Source: Nemertoderma westbladi (taxonomy: Eukaryota > Animalia > Xenacoelomorpha). Taken from it: a DNA stretch of 64,000 bases. The position numbers were made by a program, and so were the translations under genes. Below, in pieces: positions 36,436 through 49,730 of this stretch. Below the pieces are notes generated by a model. That model did not search any database and was not told where the DNA came from. It saw nothing but the letters and a program-made list of their open reading frames with translations. Position 1 is the stretch's first letter. Every line of letters begins with the position of its first letter. The stretch is from assembly GCA_032718475.1 (NCBI GenBank), contig JAUCBJ010005165.1:1-64000 (forward strand), given 5' to 3'.

Positions 36436-39430
36436 CCCTGTATGTCCCACTGAGACCTACAGGTAACAACTTCTATTCTTCACTACTACAGCCGCGTTTC
36501 AGCATTGTGTGGTTTCTTGATTGGTTGCATGGGTTCATTTGTTATCCAAGTTACCCAATCAGCGTCATCTTGGGTCAGAGGCAATCTCAAACTGAATATT
36601 AAATCATTTGTGTCTCGTGGACAGAGTTATTCCAAGTAGTGTTCAAGTGCTGATTGTGCAATCCAAAAAAGCAAATCGAGTGCAATTATTTGATTCAGAA
36701 AAATTATTTTGGTGAAGATTCATCATTATTTTACTTAATTATACCAAAATTGATGCAAGGTATAGTACTATGAAGAATTCACAGCCAAAATTTCAGTCGT
36801 TACTTTAGGGTAACGGTGGGCCACTCTGACATCACTTTTTGTGCTAAATGTGAACTGGTCAATAAATTGATATACAATACTCTCTTATGATTCCACGTTG
36901 TTTTGTACACCTAGGTAAAGAATAAGTTTGCTGACTAAACTACTAAATATATTATTATAAATAGATATTAATAAATAGTCGGAATATTCAATAAATAGAT
37001 AGAAATGTTCGTATTCTCTGTACAGCTGTGCGTAAGTTACACTGTAGAAACGTATTTGATGATATGGATACTGGAAAATTTTATGGAACACATTATAAAA
37101 ACTCTCATGTTGAGGTGTCCATACCGTCAGATGATAGCGACGATCAACTGATGAGTGATTCTGGCAGCGAGGATGATGCATATGGTGATACAAACTGGAG
37201 TGATGAAGGTGATGACTCTGACGAATCAGACGAACGCGATGATGACGTCATTATAGAGTTCGAGGAAATAGAGGATGTACTAGCAGATCCAACGATCAAT
37301 ACCGATGATGAGAACATACAGCCAAATCAGATAGAGGTAGATGCGCCAGGGGAGACAGTACATCATACAGAGGACGAACAGAGTAGTGGTGGCGATGTGC
37401 AGGTCGAACCAAAGACAAACAAGAAATCTAAGAAGAATGTAGTCAACCGGAAGTATTATAGGACAAAGACGATTTCTGCAGAGCCGAAATGGCTGGGTAG
37501 TTTACCTGATGTAGATGATGTTCTAGAACCAATCAGATATTTCAAGAAGCTTCTCAAAGATGATGTGTTGAAGGAAATAGTTTTCCAGACTAATGTGTAC
37601 TCTGCAGAAAAACGCCTTGATAAACAAATAAATATAACACGAAACGAAATTGAACAGTTCATAGGAATTTGCTACTATATGTCTGTGTACGGTCTTCCTA
37701 GATGCAGATCATATTGGCAGGCCGGTACAAGAGTTGATAAAGTTGTCAACACAATGATGACGTGCAATCACTGGGAGAGTATAAAAAGAGATCTACACTT
37801 GAATGACAATAGTAAGCAAATCGCTAAGGGGTCTCCTGGGCACGATAAAATTTTCAAAATCCGACCACTGGTTACTGCTCTCCAGACCAGTCTAAGAGAC
37901 ATTCCAAAGGATGAAGAGCTTTGTGTGGATGAACAGATGGTGCCATTCAAGGGGAAAAATAAAAGCGGAATAAAGCAATATATGCCCAAGAAACCAAAGA
38001 AGTGGGGCTATAAGCTGTTTGTTCTTTGTGATAGCCATGCTATGGCTTACGATTTCGATATTTACACGGGAAAGATCGAACCGATTGCTGGACGGCCTGA
38101 CATTGGGGTAAGTAGTAATATAGTAATTCAACTAGCTGTTGGCATACCTAGACACATGTCATACAAACTCTTTTTTGACAACTGGTTTACTAGTGTTATT
38201 CTCCAGGTGACACTGGCCAATGAAGGAATATATTGTCTTGGGACAGTCAACGAGAACAGATTAGGTGACTGCCCTCTGCCCACGGATAGCGCAATGAAGA
38301 AGAAAGGTCGTGGATACCATGAGGAACTGAGATTTACTGTAAAAGGAGTTGACTTGCGCATTGTAAAGTGGTTTGATAACCGTTGTGTTACTCTCTTATC
38401 AACATTCTCTTCCACGAATCCGACGTCTCTTGTAAAACGGTGGTCTAAACTAACTAAATCATTCATTGAAGTAGATCGCCCACGTATTGTTGGCACGTAC
38501 AATAGCTTCATGGGTGGGGTTGATACACTGGATTCTTTGTTGAGTTTGTATAGGATACGAATACGGTCTAGGAAATGGTACCTTTGATTGGTCTTCCATT
38601 TCCTCGATTTTGTCTGTGTCATTGCTTGGCTCTTGTACCGACGTGACTTGCGTAGCTGTAATCCAGCACAAAAACCAATTCCACTCCCTATTCAAGACGA
38701 CATTGGCCGAGACCCTGTGTGCATGTGGAAAGTCTGTCTGCAACAAGCGACGAGGGCGACCAAGTCTAGAAATTGAAAACGGTATTCTTCAGAAGAAAGC
38801 GCGATCAATAACCGTTGGTCTGTTGCCTTCCATGGCAGTTCGACAATGGCAGTTGGCCACTGGCCTGTGTTCGCTGAGAAAAGGGGACGGTGCAAGAATC
38901 CAGACTGTGTTGGGGTTCCTAAGATTATGTGTGAGAAGTGTAGTGCGGTGTCTGGAGGAAAGGTATATTTGTGTCTTGGACTGGACCGTAACTGTTTCAA
39001 ATGCTTCCATTGTGATTGATAACGAATTGGGTATCTATCAATTTTGGTAATTGCTATCGCATTGATGTTGAATTGATGTTTGGTTTTCGATATTACATAC
39101 AGTACAGGGATACAATTTTAGTTGAAAATCTATAATTTTGTATATAATGTAGAGTGCGGAGCAGAATAATACAGTTTGTACATTTCTGCATATTTTACAC
39201 ATGAACACAAAATGAAAAAAGTTGTCGCATAATATGTTTCCAACTTTTTCACAAAATTTTTTTCAAACTCCTAAATTTCATTTCTTAATGGCCCACCGTG
39301 ACCCACCATCTTCATAAATTAAATATTTTGAAATTTTTTGATGAATATCATCTCATTAGGTTCATTTTAATGTGAAAGTTATGAAAAAAAAAATTTTGGG
39401 ACATGGCATCATAATTCGGGCTATAGAGGG
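36436..39430 (+). mobile_element. Full-length piggyBac transposon (PGBD3-like transposase) with TTAA TSDs
   Basis: TTAA at 36432-36435 and 39431-39434; imperfect TIRs CCCTGTATGTCCC and CCCTCTATAGCCC. Confidence 0.92.
37028..39019 (+). pseudogene. piggyBac DDD transposase: 519 open codons, then TGA at 38585 and frameshifts before the Cys-rich C-terminal domain
   Basis: LCVDEQMVPFKG, YMPKKPKKWGYK, LFFDNWFTS, YNSFMGGVDTLD; tail RCKNPDC...CEKC...LCL...NCFKCFH. Confidence 0.92.
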
Positions 39431-40633
39431 TTAACACCACATAGTACCACATACTCACAGACTGAGAACTGTTTCGAGATTAGTTGGCCACTGCCTGTTA
39501 CGGAAACATTGTAGTATTTATGTTAAAGCATATTGTATTGTTTGTTTTTAAAATATTAATTAAGTACGAATTGTGGTGGTTTTTTAAGATGGGGGGGGGG
39601 GGGGACTGAACGCAATAAAAATTCATCCCTCTCCAGTGGAAATTCGACGCAAATAGCAGCTGATTACTCTCAAATATAAAACTGTAACCTGTTCTATTGT
39701 GTTTAGTTTATTGATTTGGTTAAAAATAACGTACCACTGTAACCTGCTCCTTTCCCTAAATTGAGAATTTAACTTTGAGGTAAGATATTAATTCGCCAAG
39801 ATTGGATTTGCGCCCAGTTCCCCCCCCCCCCCCCCCCCCTGTCTCGGTTTTTTTGTGGTGGAGTGGTCACACGCTTTACCGCTACCTCCCCTCCAATCTT
39901 ACAATATTACAACACCCCCCCCCCCCCCCCCCCACCCTCCATCTGGACATACATATCTCTATAGGATGGAATAAAGTATATTTCTTCCGTTGGCCAAATA
40001 TTTGAACTAGAACACTAAACTAATGAAATTAAACATATAAATAATTATTAACTGTATTTATTCAGAGGATTTTCTAATTTTGAATTAAATCATTAAAAGT
40101 ACAAAAGTCTGAATTATATACCATAAAACAATTGGATCAATTAACTTAATTATTATGGGGCAATATATATTTTAAATAAAATGAATGTAAAATCTATGCA
40201 TGAAACTAATATAAAAAGACAAACGAAATAATAAATAAATTCATAAATAATTACAAAACTCGTCAATTTGTTATCTCTATCTGAATAATAACATTATTAT
40301 AACTATTAGGGCTGGGTTTATTTAATGCATTTTGAAACGAGGTACAGGAAACAAAACAAAAGCTTTTTTGTAGAGTATTATTATATAATATAAATAATTG
40401 CTAAAAAAAAAGCCTAAAAACTGTCTGCCATAGTAATTTCGTCCATCATGATCCATTGTATGTATAGATGTTCCAAAATGACAAGTTAGTTTATTTGAAT
40501 TTTGAACATACAAGTAGCATGAAGTTGAGATGTGATTATTACTATTATTATTTCATGTTATGCTAAACAATGATTGGTAAGTAAAATACATGTTAATTAT
40601 AATATTAATATTTATTGAACTGTTGTGCTGCAG

Positions 40634-40759
40634 ATATAGATGAATGTTCTGAAAATACTGATAATTGCCACAGCCAGCATGCAGACTGCATAAATTATGG
40701 CGGTGGGTTCTCTTGCGCATGCCATACAGGCTATGAAGGGGATGGTGTTTCATGTACAG
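40634..40759 (+). CDS. Host exon 6: cbEGF
   Basis: [42 protein letters not shown]; CAG/GTAAGC; phase 1-1. Confidence 0.92.
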
Positions 40760-40869
40760 GTAAGCAAAATGAACATTTTGCTGTTAGGATGTAGACATAT
40801 ATATATAATATAAGGATATATCATGAAAACTAAATTGTTTCTTTTCATTATTGTAATGCATGTTTACAG

Positions 40870-40995
40870 ACATAGATGAATGTTCTGAAAATATTGATGA
40901 TTGCCACAACAATCATGCTGACTGTACAAATACTGATGGAGGATTCACTTGCTCCTGCCATGGAGGCTATTCAGGGGATGGTGTATCATGTACAG
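40870..40995 (+). CDS. Host exon 7: cbEGF
   Basis: [42 protein letters not shown]; CAG/GTAATG. Confidence 0.92.
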
Positions 40996-41248
40996 GTAAT
41001 GTAACTAATATATTTTCACATATGATTTATCTTTAACCCCTGATTGAATCTATTTAACTTTAGATGCTATGCTATCTAATGTTTGATAAGAAACCAACCT
41101 ATCAGAACAATTTATGGTACCTAAAGATTATAATCAATCAGAAGCCTGATCCCAAACTCTGTAGGTGTTTTAGAGGGGGGTGGTGATTGGTGATTACTAT
41201 ATTCATAGTTCATTCTAATTTTAATGAAATGTTGTTGTGTTGCTGCAG

Positions 41249-41371
41249 ACATTGATGAATGTTCTGAGAATACTAATGATTGCCACGAAAATGCAGACTG
41301 TACTAATACGGATGGTGGATTCTCGTGCTCTTGCAGAACAGGTTACTCCGGGGATGGTGTTTCATGTACAG
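41249..41371 (+). CDS. Host exon 8: cbEGF
   Basis: [41 protein letters not shown]; CAG/GTAAGG. Confidence 0.92.
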
Positions 41372-41585
41372 GTAAGGAATACAAATAGATGTTTTTATGA
41401 AAAAAAAACAAATCAAAAACAAAACATCAAATTAATAATCTCCTAATATGTAATCTATATAGCTTTTTTGGAATGCTCAAATTATTCACTGTCCATCAGT
41501 ATGTCTCCAAAAAAATAGAACCTACTATCTGACATATTATCATACTATCTGACACCATCCTATTCCACATTCTACATAACAGCCT

Positions 41586-44500
41586 TGTCGAGGCGTTTAT
41601 GGGAGACTAACCTGAAAATGCCTAGCAAGCCGTTATGTAGTTCTTATGAGTGTTATCAATGCCTCGGGATACCTGCCGCATAGCAGGAACACTCACAAAA
41701 GTATGGGGGTATATATATATTATCTAATATATATATCTTAATGAGATCTACAATTAGTTACTGTAAGTATAAAGCATCAGCTCTTACAAACTGCTTCAAA
41801 GGGGCGCGATAGTTACGTGTAAACCGTTCTGTTATATTGTGTTGTTGGCTAGTAAATGTACGTATGACTTACATATATCAAACGTAGGACACTACGTTGG
41901 CCTAGTGCGTGATAACCGCACGGTTTACTCGAATCACTTGCTTTGCTGGTAAATAATAGTTACTAGTTGGGAATAATATAGCAGTACTATGGACACACAC
42001 ATTCGCATTAAATGAACCGAATCTTATTACTGACAGGACGCAATATACACTCACGGTGTGGAAATCTAGTTTGTCTGATCTCTGGTCCAATATATTCATC
42101 AACAATTAATGCAATAATAGTAAATGCAAACATAAGTTATAAATTGCAAATGATTAGTGATTAGTTACAAATTGCAAGTGACTAGGTAAAATATTGCAGG
42201 CCACTGTAACTAACGTGGCTTGCTGGGCTATAAAATAGATGTAAAGTACCTGAAAATGGTATTAGGTTAAGCCTATCGTGTCAAGGATGGACACTGATTA
42301 TATATGGATACAAACAACGCCCAGTGAAAATAGAACAGCCAATAAGACGCAAGAATACCGGCTTCGGTAGTTACCAATGAGAGTTCAGTAATACCACAAC
42401 TGTTGTTAGGCAACATATAAACAACTTTATGGGCTATTCAATACGCGTGAAGCACAAATATTAGATGCACTGAAACCGAATGATAATCTGAATAAAAATA
42501 TAAGATTTCTGCGTACAGTTAGCATTGGCAGCAAAACCGTTCCCTAAAATCATGTACAAGTTCATAACACAATGTGTTAAATGACACAATGTTGGGTGTT
42601 TTCTAAAATTCGCACCGAAAGAGGTATATACAAACTTTCAACAATTAAATCATGTTGATATCAAATACTCGCTACATACAATTAAATATGATAAACAATC
42701 TGACTAAATTAAACGAAGTTAATTAGGTAGGTCAACTTTCTCATATAAACAATAAAGTTCGTTAGGTCACTTCCGATGAAACTAAGTAAGTATTAAACAG
42801 TCTTTCAAAAAATACTAGAGTTTGATGTATTTACAGATACCTTTAGGTACGTAAATAAGTAATTTGAGTCATATTATCTCTTTAGGTACTAATATAGCTA
42901 TACATATTGTTCATTATTTACAAATATGATAGTTTGCGAACAGGTACAGGGATTTCATAAAGTTCAACAGGCTAACTAATAATAATCTTATATTATCGCT
43001 TTCGTTTGGGGTACTTGGGAGTACTGCGCATAAAGAGTCGTTTCCTCCTTTTCGCGGGTGTCCGGGGCGCAGGCAGCGCAAGGTCGTCGCTCGAAATCGT
43101 CTCGTCGGGACCTGGGTGTATCTCCACCGCGTCAGGCATCGGAGAACTCGGACGATCAGTATATGTTCCGGTGGAGGTGCCGGGTAAGGACAGGAACTCA
43201 GCCGGTCTCGTGGCGCGTGAGTCGACAGGCAGTCGACAGAATCCCGGTTCCAGGGGAGCGGCTAAGCACTTCCGCACAGCAGTTTGCACTGGTCCGGAGG
43301 GGACAGTTTGGGTAGCAATACCAAACGGAAACTGTTGGCTGGGGAAAATTCTCGGAGGCACAGCGTGTGGGACCGGTCCTCACGATGAACGTGTTCTTGG
43401 AAGGCTCGATGCTGTGGAAGCAGCTCGGGATGTCTCTCCAGGAAGTGGGGACCATAAAACGGGAGTCTTTAACGTCTTAAAATGGGAGAATTTGATTGTT
43501 GTAAGACGTCACGTCACATGTTCTGGATGTATTTCTCGAAGAAAACGTCGGACGAAACGGGTATTGGTGCAGGAGGCTACACGGTTGAGGAGTTTGTAGC
43601 TGGGTATCCAAGCACATTGGACGTCAGTGGTGCAAATAAAAGGGGTAAGGAAATGTCGAAAGCATTCGAAGTTCAAGAATTTACCGAATTCATTTAGCTT
43701 GGCAAGTTGGGTTCCTAATAGCAACGGGTGCGCTCTTAACGTATGGCTACATACGTCCGCAAGCCATCCAGATAACGCTTGGTTTTCGAATATGAGGTAC
43801 ATTGCCAATGAGGTGCGCAAGGGGACACTCATAAAACTATACACGGCACCGGGAGCGGTGAGTGGTCCCTGAAAATAATAGGGCGAATATGCGTCACCAT
43901 AAACTTGAGAATACGTCTCACGATTGGTCTCCTTGAAGTTCCAATCGTACTCCTGAAACGCGATATGGCCGGAGGAAGTACGATCAACTCGGTTATATGT
44001 ATCGTTAGCGATGCGTCGATACATAACTCGGAAGAAGCCGCGAGATTGCACCCAAGGAAGGATAACTTGAGTGTCGACGAAGGGATATGGTATATCGTGG
44101 ACAATAGGAAAATCATCCGTTAAGTCCTGATATATGGCTGAACCGAGTTTGTAGACGGATTCATCCAACAGAATGTCTAACACTGGTTGCGGTAACAAAG
44201 CGGCGTCGATTCCCATAGCCGGGTGTCAGTGTGTGTCATTGACATAAGCCTCCGCTTTAACAAATTGTTGATGTCTCGCACGGCGTTGATAAGCAGTCAA
44301 GGCGGGGAAAGCGCTATCGGGTCAGGGTGAATACCTTTGGGATAATGAGTTTGTTGAGTTTGGGCCGCCGCTATATTTAAATAAGTTTCCCAAAGGAACG
44401 TAACTAAGTCTTCGAATTTAGCCACATTATCGCTGGTTTCCGCATCGTTCGCCGACATGGTATCTCGGATGGCGTCTTCCTTATCTATCCGAGCAGTGTC

Positions 44501-46078
44501 CTCCCATTGTTTCTGTACATGATAATGCCACATTTCCATGTCTTGTCGCTCATGAACATCTTCGGAGTATACAAGATCGCTCGGATGTCCAGATATGACA
44601 AACGGTTTATAAGATCCATCTATATTAGTATACCTGTCCATAAAGGCGCGGTAATGCAGTCGCTCTGATATCTCTACCGGGGACATTAGAGGTTCCGTAT
44701 ACTGTTGCGGTACTCCGGAGTCCGGGTGTCAACAAATCCTCCATCATCTCTCGCATACCTCGATGATATTCCTCTGAAAGCTGTTGTCGCTGCGTATTAA
44801 CATTATCCATTGAATCATCCTTAGAAGTATCCATTATTGTTATTGTGAGAAACAAATATACTATTAGTCCAACAAAGGCGAGCCAAAGAGTTAATTATTG
44901 TTATTAGAGTTTATATGGGTCGGCAATGGTAAGCCGCCCTCTATCCCCAGCCCGACACGGACCCGAGCTGCCCCTGGCCACGTTAGCACCGCTACGTCAA
45001 TCCCCTATCCAACAGCAGGCGTGGATGAATGGGTGGATGATGCAACGGCTAACGCGCAGGAAAGCTCGAGGCCGGTCTTATCCAAGGGCTATTCGTCGGG
45101 GAATCTAATATCACAGTGCAATTGCAGTTAGTCAGCAATAGGGTTTCGGTTCGCTATAGTAAACACACGTAGAATAGTTGCTATTCATACTGTCATGCAA
45201 ACTAACGCACACAATATCGCAACACACACGAATATTTATCATAAATCTACTATTTCCCGAATGTTGATATTAGTTTCCATGGATACTCACTAAATAAATT
45301 TAAAGGTATTAAATTTAGGGTTGCGCGAGCGATGCACCAGTGTCCCAATGTTCTAAATTAGTTATTAATTTATCGAAGGTCAACATTTGGTAAATATAGC
45401 GGTAGAATAGGGTATTACTCATTCACACAGATCTGGGTTTACTGTGATATTATTACATCTTTGTTGGTTATTATTTAGTTTATTTATTTGTTGGAAGTGT
45501 TTGTCTGTATAGTATTGGTGTTTATACTATAGTGATATTAATGTCATAATTAAGGGTTGGTGGTATTAAGCTATTAATAAATAACATAATAAAGATTTAC
45601 GCGATCTGGTGGCTTAAACTAAGTTTACTCAATCATTTGGGAGAGAGCCACAAAATAGACTGCGACCGTTCCCGTAATGCTCATTATTACAGTGACTTGA
45701 ACGGATTTATATGGATGTGATATTGTATTAATCAATATTGAGCTATGTTGGTTCTTGAAGTTTCAAGCCAACTAATTGACATCTCTTACTGTACTCTGGC
45801 AATTGACAAGAAGCGGGAGTAGTAATTAAGACTCGGCATTCAAGTGTGATTGGGCCGTCATAATACAGTAAGACCAAGGTTTGTTATTGTCATGCGCCAT
45901 GTTTAATAATGACTTATCATGACTATTACGGTTTATTATAATTTTATTTGTTACTCCCTTTGTACTCGGGTTATACAAGAAGTGGCGGGCCGTCTCCAGA
46001 ATTTACCCAGAGTTTGGTTTAACCGAAATAAAGGATATGGATTCCGCATTCAATTGTATTATCACCGTCACCATACAT
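41586..46078. mobile_element. Unclassified ~4.5-kb insertion starting TGTCGAGGCG, carrying an orphan ORF on the minus strand
   Basis: Absent at the equivalent point of duplicate copy 2 (48446); CpG-rich core. Confidence 0.55.
42993..44834 (-). pseudogene. Intronless orphan ORF, ~610 codons reconstructed, basic NLS-like C-terminus
   Basis: ORF pieces 44625-44855, 44297-44686, 43509-44216 and 42993-43361 join through 2 frameshifts and 3 in-frame TGA (44226, 43509, 43380). Confidence 0.6.
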
Positions 46079-46082
46079 TTAA

Positions 46083-47062
46083 CCCTATTAAACCCGGGGA
46101 GGTCAATATGACCCCCCCCCCCCCCCCCCACCGTGGTTTTTTTTATTATAATTCTGAAACAAACGCAGTTGGGAATCTGAAAATTTATGACTTTTCCTAA
46201 AAATCGATTGTCTTCCTAGTAGTGAAAACCGTTTTCAAAAATATTGGGTAGTTTTCGAGTTATAGCACCCTTTTTTAACCCTACTTTTGGCACTTTTTTT
46301 GAGACGTTTTTTGAAAATTACATTTCATTAAATATGGATTGAAACATCTCTATTTTTTATTTACACTGGATTTTTGGTGTTAGCAATTGGATGGAATTCA
46401 TATAAATTGATTTAGAAATTTCAAAGTTGTTTTTTTCGGCGGGTGCTAATTTTTGGTGCCAGCACCAAATTTTGAAATATGTCAATTTTGTAAATTGATT
46501 GTTTAAAACTTGTTTTTTACGCAATTGGGGTTTTTTGGTGTTCTGGTTTCGACGAATTATATACGAGTTACACCAAGCGTATCAAACTTGTATTTCTCGA
46601 TGCTGTGTGCAAATTTTGGTGCTAGCACAAAATTTTGAAAATCCATTCAATAGATAAAATTGCTTGTGACAATTTATTTCTTGCGTTTTAGAGGTTTATG
46701 GCTGTTCTGAATTCAATGGAATATATAATTATCAAACTAGACATCTTAAACTTGTATTTTTCGGAAGTGGGTGCAAAATATGGTGCTAGCACCAAATTTT
46801 GAAAATCATCAAATATATAAATTGATTGTGTCATCTTGTTTCTTGCGTTATAAGGGTTTGTGAGGGTTCTGAATTCAATGGAATCAGTAAAAAATTCATA
46901 AGAGTTTTCAAACTTGTATTTTTTGCCGGTGGGTGAAAATTGTTGTGCCAGCATCAAATTTTGGAAAATAAGCAAATTGATCAGGATATTGTATCATCTT
47001 GTTTCTCGCGTTATACGGGTTTATGAGTGTCCTGAATCAGATGGAATCAATAAAAACAGAAC
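46083..47062. mobile_element. Non-autonomous piggyBac-like element, one end only
   Basis: TTAA|CCCTATTAAACCCGGGG...GACCCCCC start; internal ~165-bp repeats (TGCYAGCACMAAATTTTGAAA); cut off by the duplication junction. Confidence 0.65.
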
Positions 47063-47494
47063 TGAAAATAATATAAAAAGACAAACCAAATAATAAATAA
47101 ATTCATAAATAATTACAAAACTCGTCAATTTGTTATCTCTATCTGAATAATAACATTATTATAACTATTAGGGCTGGGTTTATTTAATGCATTTTGAAAC
47201 CAGGTACAGGAAACGAAACAAAAGCTTTTTTGTAATGTATTATTATATAATATAAATAATTGCTAAAAAAAAGCCTAAAAACTGTCTGCCATAGCAATTT
47301 CGTCCATCATGATCCATTGTATGTATAGATGTTCCAAAATAACAAGTTAGTTTATTTGAATTTTGAACATACAAGTAGCATGAAGTTGCAATGTGATTAT
47401 TACTATTATTATTTCATGTTATGCTAAACAATCATTTGTAAGTAAAATACATGTTCATTTTAATATTAATATTTATTGAACTGTTGTGCTGCAG

Positions 47495-47620
47495 ATATAG
47501 ATGAATGTTCTGAAAATGCTGATAATTGCCACAGCCAGCATGCAGACTGCATAAATTATGGCGGTGGGTTCTCTTGCGCATGCCATACAGGCTATGAAGG
47601 GGATGGTGTTTCATGTACAG
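47495..47620 (+). CDS. Host exon 9: cbEGF (duplicate of exon 6, T->A)
   Basis: Intact frame and splice sites. Confidence 0.88.
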
Positions 47621-47730
47621 GTAAGCAAAATGAACATTTTGCTGTTAGGATGTAGACATATATATATAATATAAGGATATATCACGAAAACTAAATTGTT
47701 TCTTTTCATTATTGTAATGCATGTTTACAG

Positions 47731-47856
47731 ACATAGATGAATGTTCTGGAAATATTGATGATTGTCATAACAATCATGCTGACTGTACAAATACTGATGG
47801 AGGATTCACTTGCTCCTGCCATGGAGGCTATTCAGGGGATGGTGTATCATGTACAG
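47731..47856 (+). CDS. Host exon 10: cbEGF (duplicate of exon 7, E->G)
   Basis: Intact frame and splice sites. Confidence 0.88.
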
Positions 47857-48109
47857 GTAATGTAACTAATATATTTTCACATATGATTTATCTTTAACCC
47901 CTGATTGAATCTATTTAACTTTAGATGCTATGCTATCTAATGTTTGATAAGAAACTAACCTATCAGAACAATTTATGGTACCTAAAGATTATAATCAATC
48001 AGAAGCCTGATCCCAAACTCTGTAGGTGTTTTAGAGGGGGATGGTGATTGGTGATTACTATATTCATAGTTTATTCTAATTTTAATGAAATGTTGTTGGG
48101 TTGCTGCAG

Positions 48110-48232
48110 ACATTGATGAATGTTCTGAGTATACTAATGATTGCCACGAAAATGCAGACTGTACTAATACGGATGGTGGATTCTCGTGCTCTTGCAGAAC
48201 AGGTTACTCCGGGGATGGTGTTTCATGTACAG
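48110..48232 (+). CDS. Host exon 11: cbEGF (duplicate of exon 8, N->Y)
   Basis: Intact frame and splice sites. Confidence 0.88.
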
Positions 48233-48651
48233 GTAAGGAAAACAAATATATGTTTATATGAAAAAAACAAATCAAAAACAAAACATATCAAATTAATAAT
48301 CTCCTAATATGTTATCTATATAGCTTTTTTGGAATGCTCAAATTTTTCACTGTCCATCAGTATGTCTCCAAAAAAATAGAACCTACTATCTGACATATTA
48401 TCATACTATCTGACACCATCCTATTCCACATTCTACATAACAGCCTGCAAGCCAATGCATTTCAAAATGTTCAAAATGCATTCAAATTGTTCACAATTAT
48501 AATGCTTTTACTCATGTATATGTGGGTTTAATAAAAACGCTTATAAATTAATTTACAAGACCAATCAATATGCACTAAAGTTTGGAATGCTGATTCAAAT
48601 ATAAGACAGTTATTGAGTTACTGTAAATGGCCCCACATAAGCATTAACTTT

Positions 48652-49300
48652 TCAAATATCATTAGGTGTAGTGATACGAACGCCCAGTAGTGACTTTACT
48701 GCTTTCATATACAATGTTTCAATCACCTTGAAATCTCTGGTCAGCCACGACTCGCACCCATAGACTAACACAGCTGATAAGCAAGAGTGGAATACTTTCA
48801 ATTTCAGGTGAAAGGGCATAGTACTGTTAACTGCACAAAATATGATAAATTTATTCACAGCGTCGTTACACCTACTAACATGTAAATTTAAAATGGAGGA
48901 CATTGCACCACTCTCGCAAAAAGGCGACCCTAGATACACATAACTGTAACAATGGTCTACAACAATATTTTTATACGACATCGGGAGTTTATCCGAATAG
49001 CTGCCATTTATTACCAAAAACCTTGTCTTTTTTGTATTTATTACCATACCGTATTCTGTACAGAAGTCCACAAGCACTCGAAATTTTGATTCGCAAGTAG
49101 CACGAGAGGTTGAAAGGATTACGGAATCGTCCATCAGTAATAGGATTTGTATAACACCCAGAAAACCATCAGTTTGAAAAGCATTTCTTAAATTCAGCAC
49201 AAGTTGATTTAAATATACACAAAACAGGATGACTGACGAAGGGGCCCCTTGTTTTACTCCTAAACACGAGATTATTATAGCGTCACGCAATATATATTTT
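48652..49300 (-). mobile_element. LINE RT fragment (RTEX-like)
   Basis: GVKQGAPSS..LF, LLLMDD, INTKKT, YVYLG, LVYGCESW. Confidence 0.8.
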
Positions 49301-49331
49301 GTACACGTATACATGGATTTGATTGATTTCA

Positions 49332-49730
49332 TCTACAAGGTCAAGTGAGCTCAGGCAGTAGAAACGAGGTCTTCCCAATGCTACCTGATTCTCCATGGTT
49401 GTTACAATTTCGTTTCTGCCAAGTTCTGTATCCTTTTCAAGTAGGTCTATATATTTGTACAGCCAATCGACCATGGCAAAACCTGCTGTCCTTGTTTCAG
49501 TTGCAAATAAAGTAGTTCTGGTATGACCTCATCTATACTTCTCCAGCAGCACCCACTGAATCTTAATCGGCATTCACATACTTGATACTGGTGGAATTGT
49601 ACTATAAAGCTTTGATACGCATTGTCTCCAGTTAATGTTTAGTTCTCCCTTAGTTGTCTTTTGTAAAAACCATAAATTGGTTGGTTGTTCACAAGGTAAA
49701 AACCATAAATTGGTGGTTGTTCAAGAGTTT
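49332..49730 (-). mobile_element. RTE LINE 3' fragment, same family as 11579-13919
   Basis: YIDLLEKDTELGRNEIVTTMEN parallels IYQLERDTELGRNEIATTMEN near 13790-13860. Confidence 0.75.

Larger units (their letters stand above)
40201..41585 (+). repeat. Segmental duplication copy 1 (three EGF exons + introns); copy 2 at 47063-48446
   Basis: Near-identical ~1.38-kb blocks including introns. Confidence 0.95.

Noticed and set aside
37028-38587. Domesticated PGBD host gene or active transposase
   Set aside because: TIRs and TTAA TSDs are retained, and a stop plus frameshifts remove the Cys-rich domain needed for transposition
41810-42212. Possible errantivirus-style LTR (TAGTTAC...GTAACTA after a purine run)
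   Set aside because: Only a 7-bp inverted match, no second LTR copy and no convincing PBS in the window
43006-43599. 197-aa + strand ORF
   Set aside because: Antisense shadow of the GC-rich minus-strand orphan ORF; no motifs
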